From: Mobula hypostoma
Taxonomy: Eukaryota
DNA: 64,000 nt
Direction: 5' to 3'
Assembly (NCBI RefSeq): GCF_963921235.1
Contig: NC_086097.1
Location: forward strand, 245,088,001-245,152,000
The position numbers and the translations under genes are program-made. The notes beneath the pieces were generated by a model that made no database searches, was not told where the DNA came from, and saw nothing but the letters and a program-made list of their open reading frames with translations. Below, one piece after another: positions 23,998-37,215 of the stretch. Numbering within the stretch: position 1 is the stretch's first letter; each line of letters opens with the position of its first letter.

Positions 23998-26545
23998 CTA
24001 AAACCATAATGCATAGGTGCCATTCAGCCCATCGAGTCCACTCCGCCATTTCATCAGGGCTGATTTATAATCCCCCTCGACCCCTGCCTTTTCCCTGTAA
24101 CCTTTGATGCCATTACTAACCAAGAACCTATCACCCTCTGGTTTAAATATACCCAATGACTTGGCCTCCACAGCCACCTGTGGTAATGAATCACTCAGAT
24201 TCACCATGCTCTGACTAAAGAAATTCCTTCCCATCTCTGTTATAAAGGGACATCCTTGTATTATCGGGCTTTGCCCTCTAGTCCTAGACATCCGCACTAC
24301 AGGAAACATCCTTTCAGTGTCCACTCTATCTAGGTCTTCCAATATTTCATAGATTTCAATGAGATCTCCTCCCCTTCATTTTTATAAATTCCTGCGAGTG
24401 TAGAGTAATAGAACATGACAATACAGAAACAGGAGCTTTAACCCAACTGTTCTGCGCTGATCTGTTAATCTGCCTAGTCCCATCAAACTGCACCTAGACC
24501 AGAGCCTGCTATACCCCTCTCATCCATGTACCTATCCAAATTTCTCTTAAATGTTGAAATCCACATCCACAACTTCCACTGGTAGCTTGTTCCATACCCT
24601 CACCACTGAGTAGATAAGGAGTACCCCTTTATGTTCCCCTTAAAGCATTTCACCTTTCATCCTTAGCATGTGACCTCTACTTCTAAATTCACCTAACTTT
24701 AGAGGAAAAAGTCTGTTTGCATTTACTCTATCTGTACCCCTCATAATTCTGTGTACCTCTATCAAATCTCCTCGCATTCTTCTATGCCCTAGGAATTAAA
24801 GTCCTAACTTATTCAATCTTCCCATATAACTCAGGTCCTCAGGTCCTGGCAACATCCTTGTAAATTTTTTCAGCATTCTTTCAATTGACATCTTTCTTGT
24901 AGGTAGGTGAACAAAACTGTACACAATACTCCAAATTAGGTCTCAGCAACATTTTGTACAACTTCAACATAGCATGCCAAATCTGGCACTTAATACTTTG
25001 ATTTATGAAGGCCAATGTGCCAAATGTTTTCTTTATGACCCTATCTAGTTGTGACGTCACTTTTAAGGAATTGTGGATCTGTATTCCCAGATCCCTCTGT
25101 TCTACCACACTCCTCAGTGCCCTACTACTCACTGTGCAAGTCCTACTCTGGTTTTCTTCACCATCTCTGCTAGAACAGCCTCATGCCTTCTTTTAGCCCT
25201 TCTGATTTCCTTCTTAAATGTTCTCTTGCATTTCTTATATTTCTCAAGTACTCATTTGCTCCTTCCTGCCTATACATGCTACACACCTTTTTCTTGAATC
25301 AATACCTCTTGAAGACAAATATTCTGTAAAGCTGTTATCCTGCCTTTTATTCTGACGGGAACATATAAACTCTTTATTCCCAAAATTTCACTTTTCACCA
25401 TGTTTCACTAAAATTTCTCTCAGGCCTCCCATTTACCTATTACACCTTTGCCAGAAAATAACCTGACCCAGTCCATACTTGCCAGATACTTTCTGATGCC
25501 ATCAAAATTGGCCTATCTCCATTTTAGAATTTCAGCCCAAGCACCAGACTTATCTTTTTCCATAATTACCTTGAATCTAATGACATTATGATCACTAGAT
25601 GGCTGTCACCTGCCCTGTCTCATTCCCTAATAGGAGATCTAGTATCACACCCTCACTAGATGGGATTTCGAAGTACTGATTTCCTGTGTACTTTTGATAA
25701 CCTTGTGTTTCTTGCAACAGTCTGTAATCTCTACAAATTTGCTCCTCTAAGTTTCATGGAGTACTGGATGGACATTAACATGGTTATCACTTTCTATTCC
25801 CCAGTTCTTTGTACAGCCTCAGTAGACAAGTTCTTCTGTTGTCGTGTCTGTGCACTACTGTGACAATTTTCCTGACTAGTAATGCCACCCACCTCCTTTA
25901 ATCGCTTCCACTCTGTCACTTCTGAAACAAGGGAACCCTGAACATTGAGCTGCTACTCATGCAGTCAAGCCTCACTATTGGCTACAATGTCAGAATTCCA
26001 CAAGAGGATCTATATACTAAGCTCATCTGCCTTTCTTACAATACTTCTTGCATTGAAATATGCATAACTCTGAACATTAGTCCAACCATGCTGAAACTTT
26101 CGATTCCTGACTTTGTATGTAGGCTTAACAGCATCTTTCACCACACCACTGCACTAACTGCTCTGGCGTTCTGGTTCCAATCTCTGGAACTCTAGTTTAA
26201 ACCCCCGCATGTAGGACAAGGAAATCTTCTCACAGGGATGTTAGTCCCCCGTCAGTTCGGATGCAAACCGACTTATCTGTACAGGTCCCACCTTTCCTCC
26301 AAGAGAGCCCAGTGATTCAAAAAATCTAAAGCCCTCCCTCCTGCATCATCTCCTTAGATGTTAATCTGTATGATCTTTCAATTTCTGGCCTCATCTGCTC
26401 GTGTAGCAATCCTGAGATCTCAATCTTGGTGGTCATGTCCTTTAATTTAACACTTAACTCCTTGAACTTGCTTTACAGAACCTTGTCACCCATCCTACCC
26501 ATGTCATTGGTATTGATGTGGACCATGGCCTCTAGCTGCCCTGCC
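23998..26545 (-). mobile_element. Decayed CR1 LINE fragments
   Basis: ORF pieces RNFFSQSMVNL and RPNLEYCVQFCSP, with CR1 tails at about 24005 and about 24410. Confidence 0.8.
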
Positions 26546-29099
26546 TGACCAATGCCTTATAATGTCTCAGCTTTTGCCTTTATTCACAATCTAATCCTTC
26601 AGTATAACATCTTGAGTGGAGTTACGTATCCTAAAATCGGTGTTGTTTAGTTGTAGGTGATTTATTTTTCTCTGGAAGATATTCTATCCTAGACCTCTCA
26701 GAATCATTTATTTAGTCAGTACATTTATTCCGTGCTGAGCTTTTCCTCATGTTGGTAAAAGGGTTTATTGCACATGCTGTCTCTCATTCTTAGGCATAAT
26801 TTCACGGTTATCTTTTCTGAGACTCCTTTATCAAGCTAACATTCCCCTTGTCTGCAGGTGCAGATTAATAATATCTTTAGTACTGAAAACCCGGGAGGCC
26901 TTGCACAATTAGCTGTTCTGTCATTATTGCCTCGATTACAGTACTTACTGTGGAGGCCACTGCGGCTGATGCAGATAACTATAATGTGATGGAAAGTCTG
27001 GTTCAATTCTTCCCCTCCCAAAAACAAAACCAGCAAAGTTAACGTCGTGGCTAATTTCATATTAAATATAGCAGATTTTAGCACATTTCAAATTATTCAG
27101 GGCATGTTTTTCTTTAAAGTATGTAAGTGCATTCAAGTTTCTGGACATGTTTAAACAAAAACGTTGGGGAAAACCATTAAAAATCAAATTGCCTTGTTGG
27201 GTTAGACCTTATGATGCAACATGACTGATCTTCTTTTATGTTTATGAATACCTGTTGTGTCTCCTCATAACTGGAAGCTTTAATTTCTTCAGCTGCCTTT
27301 TAGTGTATTGATCTTTGTTGGTCCACTAATTTGTTTTTACAAGTGATTATGTTTCTTTCAGGAAAACACTGTTAGTAGTGTGTGATTAAAATAACTTACT
27401 TTGACCCGAAGCTAAGTGCCTTGACTTTCAACCTCCAACATGGAAAAATAATTTGGTGATCATAGCTTCACAGTGCCAGTGTGCTTCAGTGAACAGTTAA
27501 TATTCACACACTAATTGATCTCCTATTCTTTATTCATTGGACACTCGTTAGTTGTATATCTTTTATTTCCTGACCTTGCACCTATTACCGAATCCCTGAA
27601 TACACAGTAAAATTGTTTCTGCCTAGCATTATCCCATAAATGGATCAAAAGTTTCTTGTGTTCAACTCTTTATTCTGATCACATGGCCACCTGGTTTTAA
27701 CGTTAATTGTACGTTTTTGCGAATGTACTAAATTTTGCAATGCTGCTGACTTTTTTTGATGAAGGCAGTTTTTTGGGGTTTGGGAAAGAAAATCCAATTT
27801 GCACCATTTTTATTAGTGTTTCTGACTACAGTGAAACACACTTAACACAATTATGTTTTTGTTTTGTTCTCCTCATTTGTTCATTCCACATGTTTTCATT
27901 TGCCAAATTTCATTTCACTTCACTGATTTGTATTTGGAATTTTGTTTTCACTCTAATTATACAATTTTTTTTCCTTTACCTTAAATGTATGATAGTACAA
28001 ATAACCTTCAGTGTTGTGTATTTCAGGATAGCAGTGCCCGATTTGTTCTAATTGAATTCTTATGCTGTCACTGGTGTCCGAGCTACACCCTACAAATATG
28101 TTCATCCATTTGACTGTACCTGAAATAAGTCAGTTTTGGCAGGGTGCACTCAACCGTTTTGGAGCTATTGGCAGTAATTGGCCTCTTTAATTAACATTAG
28201 TTGTCAGAAATTTTCAGTCAATCGGACTGAAGGTTTGCATGCTTGATGTTACTGCAATACAGTGTAGTTTTCTTTCTCTTCAACATTCATTGACTTGGAG
28301 TTGGAGGGGTGACTAGACAATTGAAGCTTCTGGATTGGGTAAATGCATTTCCTCAAGTGAATAAAGGCGATATAAATGACTTTATTGCATGCTAAGTGAT
28401 GTAAGGGTGCTGGAAATTTCCCAAAACTTGCATTTGTTAGGTTTCCATAGCTGCATGGACTGTGTTCCAGTTGTCAGTGTTGCGTGAAGTATGAGGAAAT
28501 CCTTTTGAAATAATTCCAAATTTCTTACTAGTCAGGCTGATGTTGTCTATTCCATTCTGAAGGAGGAAGCTTTCCATTTGTGATTATTTTAAGGTTATTC
28601 AAATTCAAGTATCTAGTAAATGTGTAGCATTGAAATTAAAGGTTTTGAAATTGGAAGTTCATTTTGGCTTGCAAGAGTACTTTTGAATAGGTGAGCCAAA
28701 AAACATTACTTGGTCTCCATCTCCAGTTATGTTTTAACCATTAATTAATGTGCATAGGTGTCGCTTTGGTAGGTATTTAGTGGTTGTGTGCTTTGAATTA
28801 CTTTGAGAAAGCAAGTTTGCCTCATAAAAGCCAAACTCCTGGGCTAAGTTTGAATGCTTTGGCCGGTACTGTTTTGTATTGGCAGCACACGCAGTACACT
28901 CTATCTATAGAACTCTCAAAGTCAGCTGCAGGCCCCATTTTGAATTTTTACTGGCAAATATATCTCGATGCTTCAAGGAATCCATCACTGATGGATGACC
29001 ATGATCTGTTTTCCAGATCCCCTTTGTCAGGTGCCTCCGCTGTGCAGTGTTCTAGTTGAGAGCAGTTTGCACAGATGCACCTTGTTTTATTTTATATAT

Positions 29100-29360
29100 A
29101 TTTACTGAGCTACAGCGTGGAATAGGCCCTTCTGGCCTTGTGAGCTGCAGCACCCAGCATTCCCCTGACATAATCCTAGCCTAATTATGGGACAATTTGC
29201 AATGGCCAATTAACCAATTATGTCTCTGGACTGTGGGAGTAGACTGGAGCACCTGGAGGAAACCCACATGGTCATGGGGACTACTTACTGGCAGTAGTGG
29301 GAATTGAACCTGGGTTACCTGTACTGTAAAGCATTGTGCTAACCACTGCCATGCTGCCCC
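29100..29360 (-). mobile_element. tRNA-derived SINE
   Basis: Contains ggagcacctggaggaaacccacatggtcatgggg and ggaattgaacctggg (B box on the minus strand). Related copies lie at about 7990-8200, 9570-9800, 43125-43350 and 45540-45715. Confidence 0.7.
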
Positions 29361-30759
29361 AATGTGATGTCAAAATTGTCATTGTGTCATTGGCAGTAGT
29401 TGAATTCTGATAATCTAGCATGCTATGGACTTGGCTGGATTGGCAGATTTTCTAAACTGTTGAATGTTACTTCATTCAATACTTCAATACTATTTTAATT
29501 CATTTTGTAGATATTATATCATACGATAAATTTCCTGTGATCTCATTAAGTTCAAATGCTCTCTACTCCCTACTAAGTGGAAAGGGAATATCTTAAACAT
29601 TATCCAATGAGCCAGATGTGGAACCATTGGACTTCCTGAATATTCAGATAATAGATTATTGGCGCTTGTTAGCTAATCCTTCCTTTTAACATTTAAATAT
29701 TTTACTGTAATATGTATTTGTTTTGTGGCTGTGTTGGTTACAGAGTAGAGTTCTATTAGCAGTTATAGTTAGCTGCAGGAAGTCCATGCCCACATCTCTC
29801 ATGAATATTGAGGACTTGGTGTATCCCTTGGGATGATGACCTATAGCCATACTAATTTCATTGGAGTTTATCCAGCTAAATAGGATAAGGTGTATCTTTA
29901 TTAAGCCTTTATAAAAGAATTGTAGACAGAATCCTTAGGAATTTTGAGTCCTAGAGCTCCGAGTTAAGTCTTAACGTGTTGAATTGCACCAGTTTGGCTA
30001 GTAGGTGGAAGGGAAGTGCTCTCGGGGAGGGAAAAGGCTGATATTGTGTACTTCTAGCAGCATAGAGATATTAAGATTAGAACTCTTTATTACCCAGCTA
30101 AGTGATGTGACCGATTGATAGATAGAAAAACCATACAAAGATTACAAATGATTAAAACCAAGAATGGCTGGATTTCTCATGTAACTGAAGTACAAATTTC
30201 CTTTATGGGTGAGATTTTTTCCCTGCTATACATTTACTCCAGCATTATATATGGTAGAAAGTATTTGTTTAATCACTGATTGTGAGGTACCTTATTATTC
30301 CAAGGTTTTAATATTAGCGCAAAAGGTTGCAACTGTTGGAATAAATGTGCAATATAACTTGAATTTGGCCATTTCTGAAATGTTGTTAATGCCTTTAGAA
30401 CATAGACGTGAAATTTTTAAGTTAAAATCTATAAACTTAGTGTAAGTTTTTTTTGTATTTTAAGTGGATGTTCAGGATGTTCGGATTGATATACATTTAA
30501 TTATACCACTGTGAAGTCAGCTATTGGCAAAATAGTATTTCTTCCATTGAGACAAGAATTCCTTGACAGTTGTAGATGAGATATTGAGAGATTTGATACA
30601 TAGCATCAGAAGCATAAATTGAAGGTCTAGAAAGATTCTCTTTTCTATATGAAAATCGAATTTAAAACAATTGTTTGTGTTAAAGAAATGCTTACACTGC
30701 TAGGTGTTGTGCTCATGATGTACTGTATAAATTGATACTAGTCTTTGGTGTCTGTCCAG

Positions 30760-30867
30760 ATGAGACTTGAGCCTATTATTGAAGATGCACTTGAACATGA
30801 GCAGAAAAAGTCCACCAAGCGGACTTTGCCAGCAGACTGCGGTGATTCTCTGGCAAAGCGAGGCAGT
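30760..30867 (+). CDS. UBP1: UBP1 36-aa LBP-1b-type cassette exon: [36 protein letters not shown]
   Basis: Acceptor tgtccag| and donor |gtaagg. Length 108 nt, symmetric phase 0. Nearly identical to the recalled human UBP1 segment [36 protein letters not shown], which TFCP2 lacks. Confidence 0.93.
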
Positions 30868-32537
30868 GTAAGGACTTCTGCTTACCTTTTTGTTGTACAA
30901 GATGGCTTGTGCAAGAATACAATCAAAGTGTTAGATATAGGATTATGTTTTATAGTCACGTAACATTTAACAGTGAAAGGACGTACTTTGGATGTTTTAA
31001 TGCAAAATTTTCAATTTAACGTCCTTAACTCTCCTAAATCTAACACCTGATACAGAAGCTCTTAATTCCTCAAAGGCCACAAAAATGTCTGTTTAATATG
31101 AATTGTCTTAATTTTCATATTTTAAACTGCCTGCCAATTTGAGCACTTGCAACAATAGTTGAGATAAAAACGTTCAGGGGGAAATTACTGTTTGAGGATT
31201 TATTAAAAATTTATACATTATATTAATATCTCCCCTCCACATCCCCCAAAAATGTTCTGTATAAAGATTAATATATACTTTGGTTTTTGTGGCCTAAATT
31301 ACTGAAACATTTTGTATAATTTAACAAGTGCATAATTCAAACTTCTAATTTGTTACGAAGAATTTGTACATCTTGGGGTTTTCCTTTGCTTTTTTTGCCT
31401 TTTGTCTTTCTTGCCTTTTTGAAATGCTGTTAGCTGTTTATGCTGTTAATACTTTTCTATCCCAGAGTAGCAGAAATGCCCTTTGCACAGATGCAAAGAG
31501 TTTACAAATAATTTTTCGAGGGCTGTTTGTTAATTTGGGAAGTATATGTATAATTGTTCCATATTCTCTTTTCATAGAGAATTTAAAACTTGCTTGACTG
31601 CATTTTCCAGGTTTCAAATTACACTTAACACAAAGCATTATTTTAAGTATCTGGAAATAACACTTTTTTTGTCAGTTTGCAAGGTTCTTGAAAAGATCAA
31701 AGTTTTTAGGAGTGGGATATAGTAGCTTAATATTTATTTCACAAGTTACACCTGTGGGCCGTAAACTCCAATGCCAATGTAGAAAATTAAATGTAATAAT
31801 GTTTGTGCCAAAAGTATACTATGATAGGAGTTAACATCAATAGTTCACAAAATTCCTATCCTGAGTGAGATTCCGGTCACTCATTCGATGGCTGATTCCT
31901 TGGGGTAACAAGTAATGGGTTATTGAAATATTGTCTTGCTCCAGGTCATTCTCTAGCCTGCTGTTATCACATGAGAAGGGATTTTTTAAAAAGTAGAAAC
32001 TAACTACATACATATTCCAGCCTTGATGTTTGGGAAGCTAAATGTTCGCATCAGGTTCTTCAAACATTTTGGCTGAGTTTTTAGAACTTGGAACAGAACT
32101 TCAAAATAACACAGCTAAAAGGGCAAAGGGCGTCTATTTATTTTAGGAATTAAGTTGACAGTCTGTTTGAATGCACTCGTGGTTTTCCAAGATTAATTAA
32201 CGTCTACTTCAGAACACCTAGTCCGAGCATGTTGAAGTAGAACTCGTTTGCAGAGCAGTCTGCCACAACACTTGCACCTGTATCCGAAGCAGTTTTGCTC
32301 ATATTTGTTAAAATGATCAGCTAACATTACAGTAGACAACAAAGAAATGGAACGTAATTGGGAACTGAATGAGCAAGGCAATTTTGCAACCCAACAGGAC
32401 AACAGCGCAAACAGGGCACTTACCACCAATTTCTCAAGGGCAATTAGGAATGATCCTTGTTCGTGACTGAAAATTAGTATTTAAAGAAAAGCCCTGAGAT
32501 GGAGAGTGCATTAAAGGGGATAAATTTAACCTCAGTT

Positions 32538-34935
32538 TAGAAACACAGAAACATAGAAAACCTACAGCACAATATAGGCCCTTCGGCCCACAAAGTTGTG
32601 CTGAACATGTCCCTACCTTAGAAATTACTAGGCTTACCTATAGCCCTCTATTTTTCTAAGCTCCATGTACCTATCCAAAAGTCTCTTAAAAGACCTTATC
32701 GTGTCCGCCTCTGCCACTGTTGCTGGCAGCCCATTCCACGCACTCACCACTCTCTAAGTAAAAAAAACTTACTCCTGACATCCCCTCTGTACCTACTCCC
32801 CAGCTCCTTAAACGTGTGTCCTCTTGTGGCAGCATTTCAGTCCTGGGAAAAGGCCTCTGACTATCCGCATGATCAATGCCTCTCATCATCATATACACCT
32901 CTATCAGGTCACCTCTCATCCTCTGTTGCTTCAAGGAGAAAAGGCCGAGTTCATTCAACCTATTCTCATAACGCATGCTCCCCAATCCAGGCAACATCCT
33001 TGTAAGTGTCCTCTGCACCCTTTCTATGGCTTCCACATCCTTCCTGTAGTGAGGTGACCAGAACTGAGTACAGTACTCCAAGTGGGGTCTGACCAGGGTC
33101 CTATATAGCTGCAACATTACCTCTCGGCTCCTAAATTCAATTCCACGATTGATGAAGGCCAATACACCATACGCCTTCATAACCACAGAGTCAACCTGCA
33201 CAGCTGCTTTGAGCGTCCTGTAGACTCAGACCCCAAGATCCCTCTGATCCTCCACACTGCCAAGAGTCTTACCATTAATACTATATTCTGCAATCATATT
33301 TGACCAACCAAAATGAACCACTTCACACTTATCTGGGTTGAACTCCATCTGCCACTTCTCAGCCCAGTTTTGCATCCTATCAATGTCCCGCTGTAACCTC
33401 TGACAGCCCTCCACACTATCCACAACATCTCCAACCTTTGTGTCATCAGCAAACTTGCTAACCCATCCCTCCACTTCCTCATCCAGGTCATTTATAAAAA
33501 TCACGAAGAGTAAGGGTCCCAGAACAGATCCTTGAGGCACTCCACTGGTGACCGACCTCCATGCAGAATATGACCCGTCTACAACCACTCTTTGCCTTCT
33601 GTGGGCAAGCCAGTTCTGGATCTACAAAGCAATGTCGCCTTGGATCCCATGCCTCCTTACTTTCTCAATAAGCCTGGCATGGAGTACCTTATCAAATGCC
33701 CTGCTGAAATCCATATACGCTACATCTACTGCTCTTCCTTCATCAATGTGTTTAGTCACATTCTCAAAAAATTGAATCAGGCTCGTAAGGCACAACCTGC
33801 CCTTGACAAAGCCATGCTGACTATTCCTAATCATATTATGCCTCTCCAAGTGTTCATAAATGCTGCCTGTCAGGATCTTCTCCATCAACTTACCAACCAC
33901 TGAGGTAAGACTCACTGGTCTATAATTTCCTGGGCTTCCTCTACTCCCTTTCTTGAATAAAGGAACAACATCCGCAACCCTCCAATCCGCCGGAACCTCT
34001 TCCGTCCCCATTGATGATGCAAAGATCATCGTCAGAAGCTCAGCGATCTCCTCCCTCGCCTCCCACTGTAGTCTGGGGTACATCTCATCCGGTCCCGGCG
34101 ACTTATCCAACTTGATGCTTTTCAAAAGCTCCAGCACATCCTCTTTTTTAACATCTACATGCGCAAGCTTTTCAGTCTACTGCAAGTTATCACTACAATC
34201 ACCAAGATCCTTTTCCACAGTGAATACTGAAGTAAAGTATTCAATAAGTACCTCTGCTATTTCCTCCAGTTCCATACACACTTTCCCACTGTCAGACTTG
34301 ATAGGTCCTATTCTTTTATCCTCTTGCTCTTCACATACTTGTAGAATGCCTTGGGGTTTTCTTTAATCCTGCCCGCCAAGGCCTTCTCATAGCCACTTCT
34401 GGCTCTCCTAATTTCCTTCTTAAGCTCGTTCCTATTAGCCTTATAATCTGCTAGATCTCTTACATTACCTAGCTCTCTGAACCTTTTGTAAGCTTTTCTT
34501 CTTGACTAGATTTATTACAGCCTTTGTACACCACGGTTCCTGTACCCTACCATAATTTCCCTGTCTCATTGGAACGTACCTATGCAGAACTCCACACAAA
34601 TATCCCCTGAACATTTGCCACATTTCTTCTGTACTTTTCCCTGATGACATCTGTTTCCAATTTAAGCTTCCAATTTCCTGCCTGATAGCCTCATAATTCC
34701 CCTTACTCCAATTAAATGCTTTTCTAACTTGTCTGTTCCTGTCTCTCTCCAATGCTTTTGTAAAGGAGATAGAATTATGATCACTATCTCCAAAATGCTG
34801 TCCCACTGAGAGAGCTGACACCTGACCAGGTTCATATCCCAATACCAAATCAAGTACAGTCTCTCCTCTTGTAGGCTTATCTACATATTGTGTCAAGAAA
34901 CCTTCCGGAACACTCCTAACAAACTCCACCCCATC
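32538..34935 (-). mobile_element. CR1 LINE, 5'-truncated ORF2, relatively young
   Basis: ORFs 32686..34137 contain DKSPGPD, NYRPVSLTSV, SGVPQGSVLGP, KFADDTK and RPHLEYC. Tail agaaacacagaaacatagaaaacctacag. Confidence 0.93.
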
Positions 34936-34959
34936 TTTTGAAAAAAAAAGATAAACAGG

Positions 34960-35305
34960 AGTGAAGAAGGATAAAGTGGATAAGAGGTATAGATCGAATA
35001 GACAGTCAGTCTCTTTTCCAGAGCAGAAATAGCTAGTACAAGGGGCGAGTACAACCTTGAAGTGTTGGGAGGAACATAGTTGGGGATTGCAAAGGAAGTC
35101 ACGGAGGCTGGTAGGTGCATGAAATGCCCTGCAAGGCATGGTGGTAGAGGAAGATACATTAGGAACTTTTAAGAGGCTCTTGGATAGGTACATGGATGAT
35201 AGACAAATGGATGGCTATATGAGAGGTATTAGATTTATCTTAGATAGATTAAAGAACCAGTATAATATCATGGGCTGAAGGATCTGTGCTATTCTTTGTT
35301 CTAAA
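34960..35305 (+). mobile_element. CR1 3' fragment in opposite orientation
   Basis: ctcttggataggtacatggatg...gggctgaaggatctgtgct...ttcta CR1 3' UTR pattern. Confidence 0.7.
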
Positions 35306-36769
35306 AGGGAAAGTAATCAACTTTCCCCTTTCCTCCAGAACTTCACAGTTGAGGGAATGAGATTTCATACGTTGTTTTTGATGTAAGAGGGATCAGTTGA
35401 AAGTCTTTAATACCTACTGTGTAAAGCTATGTGTACTTGAGATGACATTGTCTTTGAGTTTAATGATCACGATCACAAAAAAGATTAAAAGCAATCATTT
35501 TCATAAATTTACTAAGAAACCAATATAATTTAAATGAATGTGGGTTTGCACTTAACTGTGCAGCTGGTCCTTGACCTTAAATGAAGTGTCATTAGTTTTC
35601 CTGTTATTTTGGCAGCATATTCTGGCCCAATGGTTTAAGTCTGGCTGGTCCAGGCCTTCAGTGTGCAGTAAAATCAATTCTCTAGCACTCAGCAGCCTGA
35701 AGTTTTATCCTGAAAATGGGAAATGTGATACTGGGCACTTGTCTACCTGAAATTTTAAGGACTAGAAAATAAATTGGTTCACTGCTTGGGGTGAAGAATG
35801 CAGATTAGAAAGAAAAATGAGTGAAAGCATCAGAAATAGTAGAGAAACATGCAAGAAAAATATTTAAGAGTCTCAAATATTGCAATGAATAGATATAGTT
35901 CAAATCATGCTTCTTGTCATAATTGGCATTGCATTTAAAAGCAGGTCATTAAAAAGCTACTTGCTCTTTTTCTTTAAAAGTGCACTAATATTTTACTGTG
36001 GAATTAATGTGAGAAAAAAAATGTTACTTGCGAGACTGAGAGTGAGGGAATGTTTGAGCTGAGAAAAGTGATCAGACAGTGATGATTTATGACTGGTAAA
36101 TTGGAATTGCATGTTCCATCATGAACATGCTATTTTGCTTCAACAAGATTTGGCACAATGCTTTGGGCTGGGATACTAAACTGAACAATTTTGGCCTCAT
36201 CACAAGTCAGTTTTAAATGGTTGTTGCAAGTACAGTGTCTTTGGCATACTTCATTTTAATTGTACTTCTTTAGGCCTAATTGAGAGAATTCCAGACAAGT
36301 TAATATTGCTGTAGAAAAGCAATGTTGTGTTCCTATTGCTCTCCTTTTTAAGCTGCATTATCTTAGCTTTAACATGGAACCATAACTAATGACAATCTAC
36401 ACAAAGTAAAATGTATCATTATTAAAGAGACAATTCCTCATTTTGCCATTATCGTGAGAAACACTGGTGTTCATTGAGCATGTCCACTGGGCCCTGGTCT
36501 GTCAATTCCATGCTGATGTCTTTTTGCCTATCTTCACCATTGTCCTTTGCCAACATTAGTTCTGTGTTCTCTGTCTTATCCATTTAAGTGCCTGTCCTGA
36601 TGTCAATTATTGATTGTATCTGACTCCTCCACCTCTCCTGACAACAGGTTACAGACAGCAGAGTTTAGAATGGATGATGTTTATAGCTAACAATATCCTC
36701 AGCACACTCAGGAATTGTGAATCTGCCATTGCGTTGTTTTTCACACACATCGGGGAGCAGGAAAAGTCT

Positions 36770-37215
36770 GAAGGGACCACAGATGCTGGAATCTGGAGCA
36801 TAAAGCAATCTGCTGGAGGAATTCAGATAAAGGGTCTTGGCCTGCAAAGTCCGCTGTACTCTTTTCCATAGATGCTGCCTGGCCTGCTGAGTTCTTCCAG
36901 CATTTTGTGTGCGTTGCTTGAATTTCCAGCATCTACAGATTTCTCCATTTTGTGCTAGAGGAATTCAGCAGGTTGACTAGCATCTGTGAAGGCAAATGTA
37001 TAGTTGACTTTCAGGTTTAGACCCTCCCTCAGGACTGAGGGTGTTGGGGGAATACCAGTAAAAAGCAGGAGGTTTAAGGCAGGGGCTAGCAGGCGATAGG
37101 TGGAATCAGCTAAGGGGGAAGATGATAGACAGATGGAGCCAGATGGGACAGGGAAGAGCTTGAGGTAGAGATAGCGACTGAATAGTTGTAAGTAGAGATA
37201 TGAGCCCATAGATAC
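36770..37215. mobile_element. Cluster of decayed Penelope-derived terminal repeats
   Basis: catagatgctgcctggcctgctgagttcttccagc on the + strand, with an inverted older copy following. Confidence 0.65.

Noticed and set aside
27707..28051. 114-aa hydrophobic ORF as a membrane protein
   Set aside because: It is a by-product of T-rich intronic sequence, has a non-ATG start and shows no recognisable homology.
34465..35193. 242-aa minus-strand ORF as a novel gene
   Set aside because: It is a chimeric read-through across the junction of a sense CR1 3' fragment and an antisense CR1 endonuclease region.
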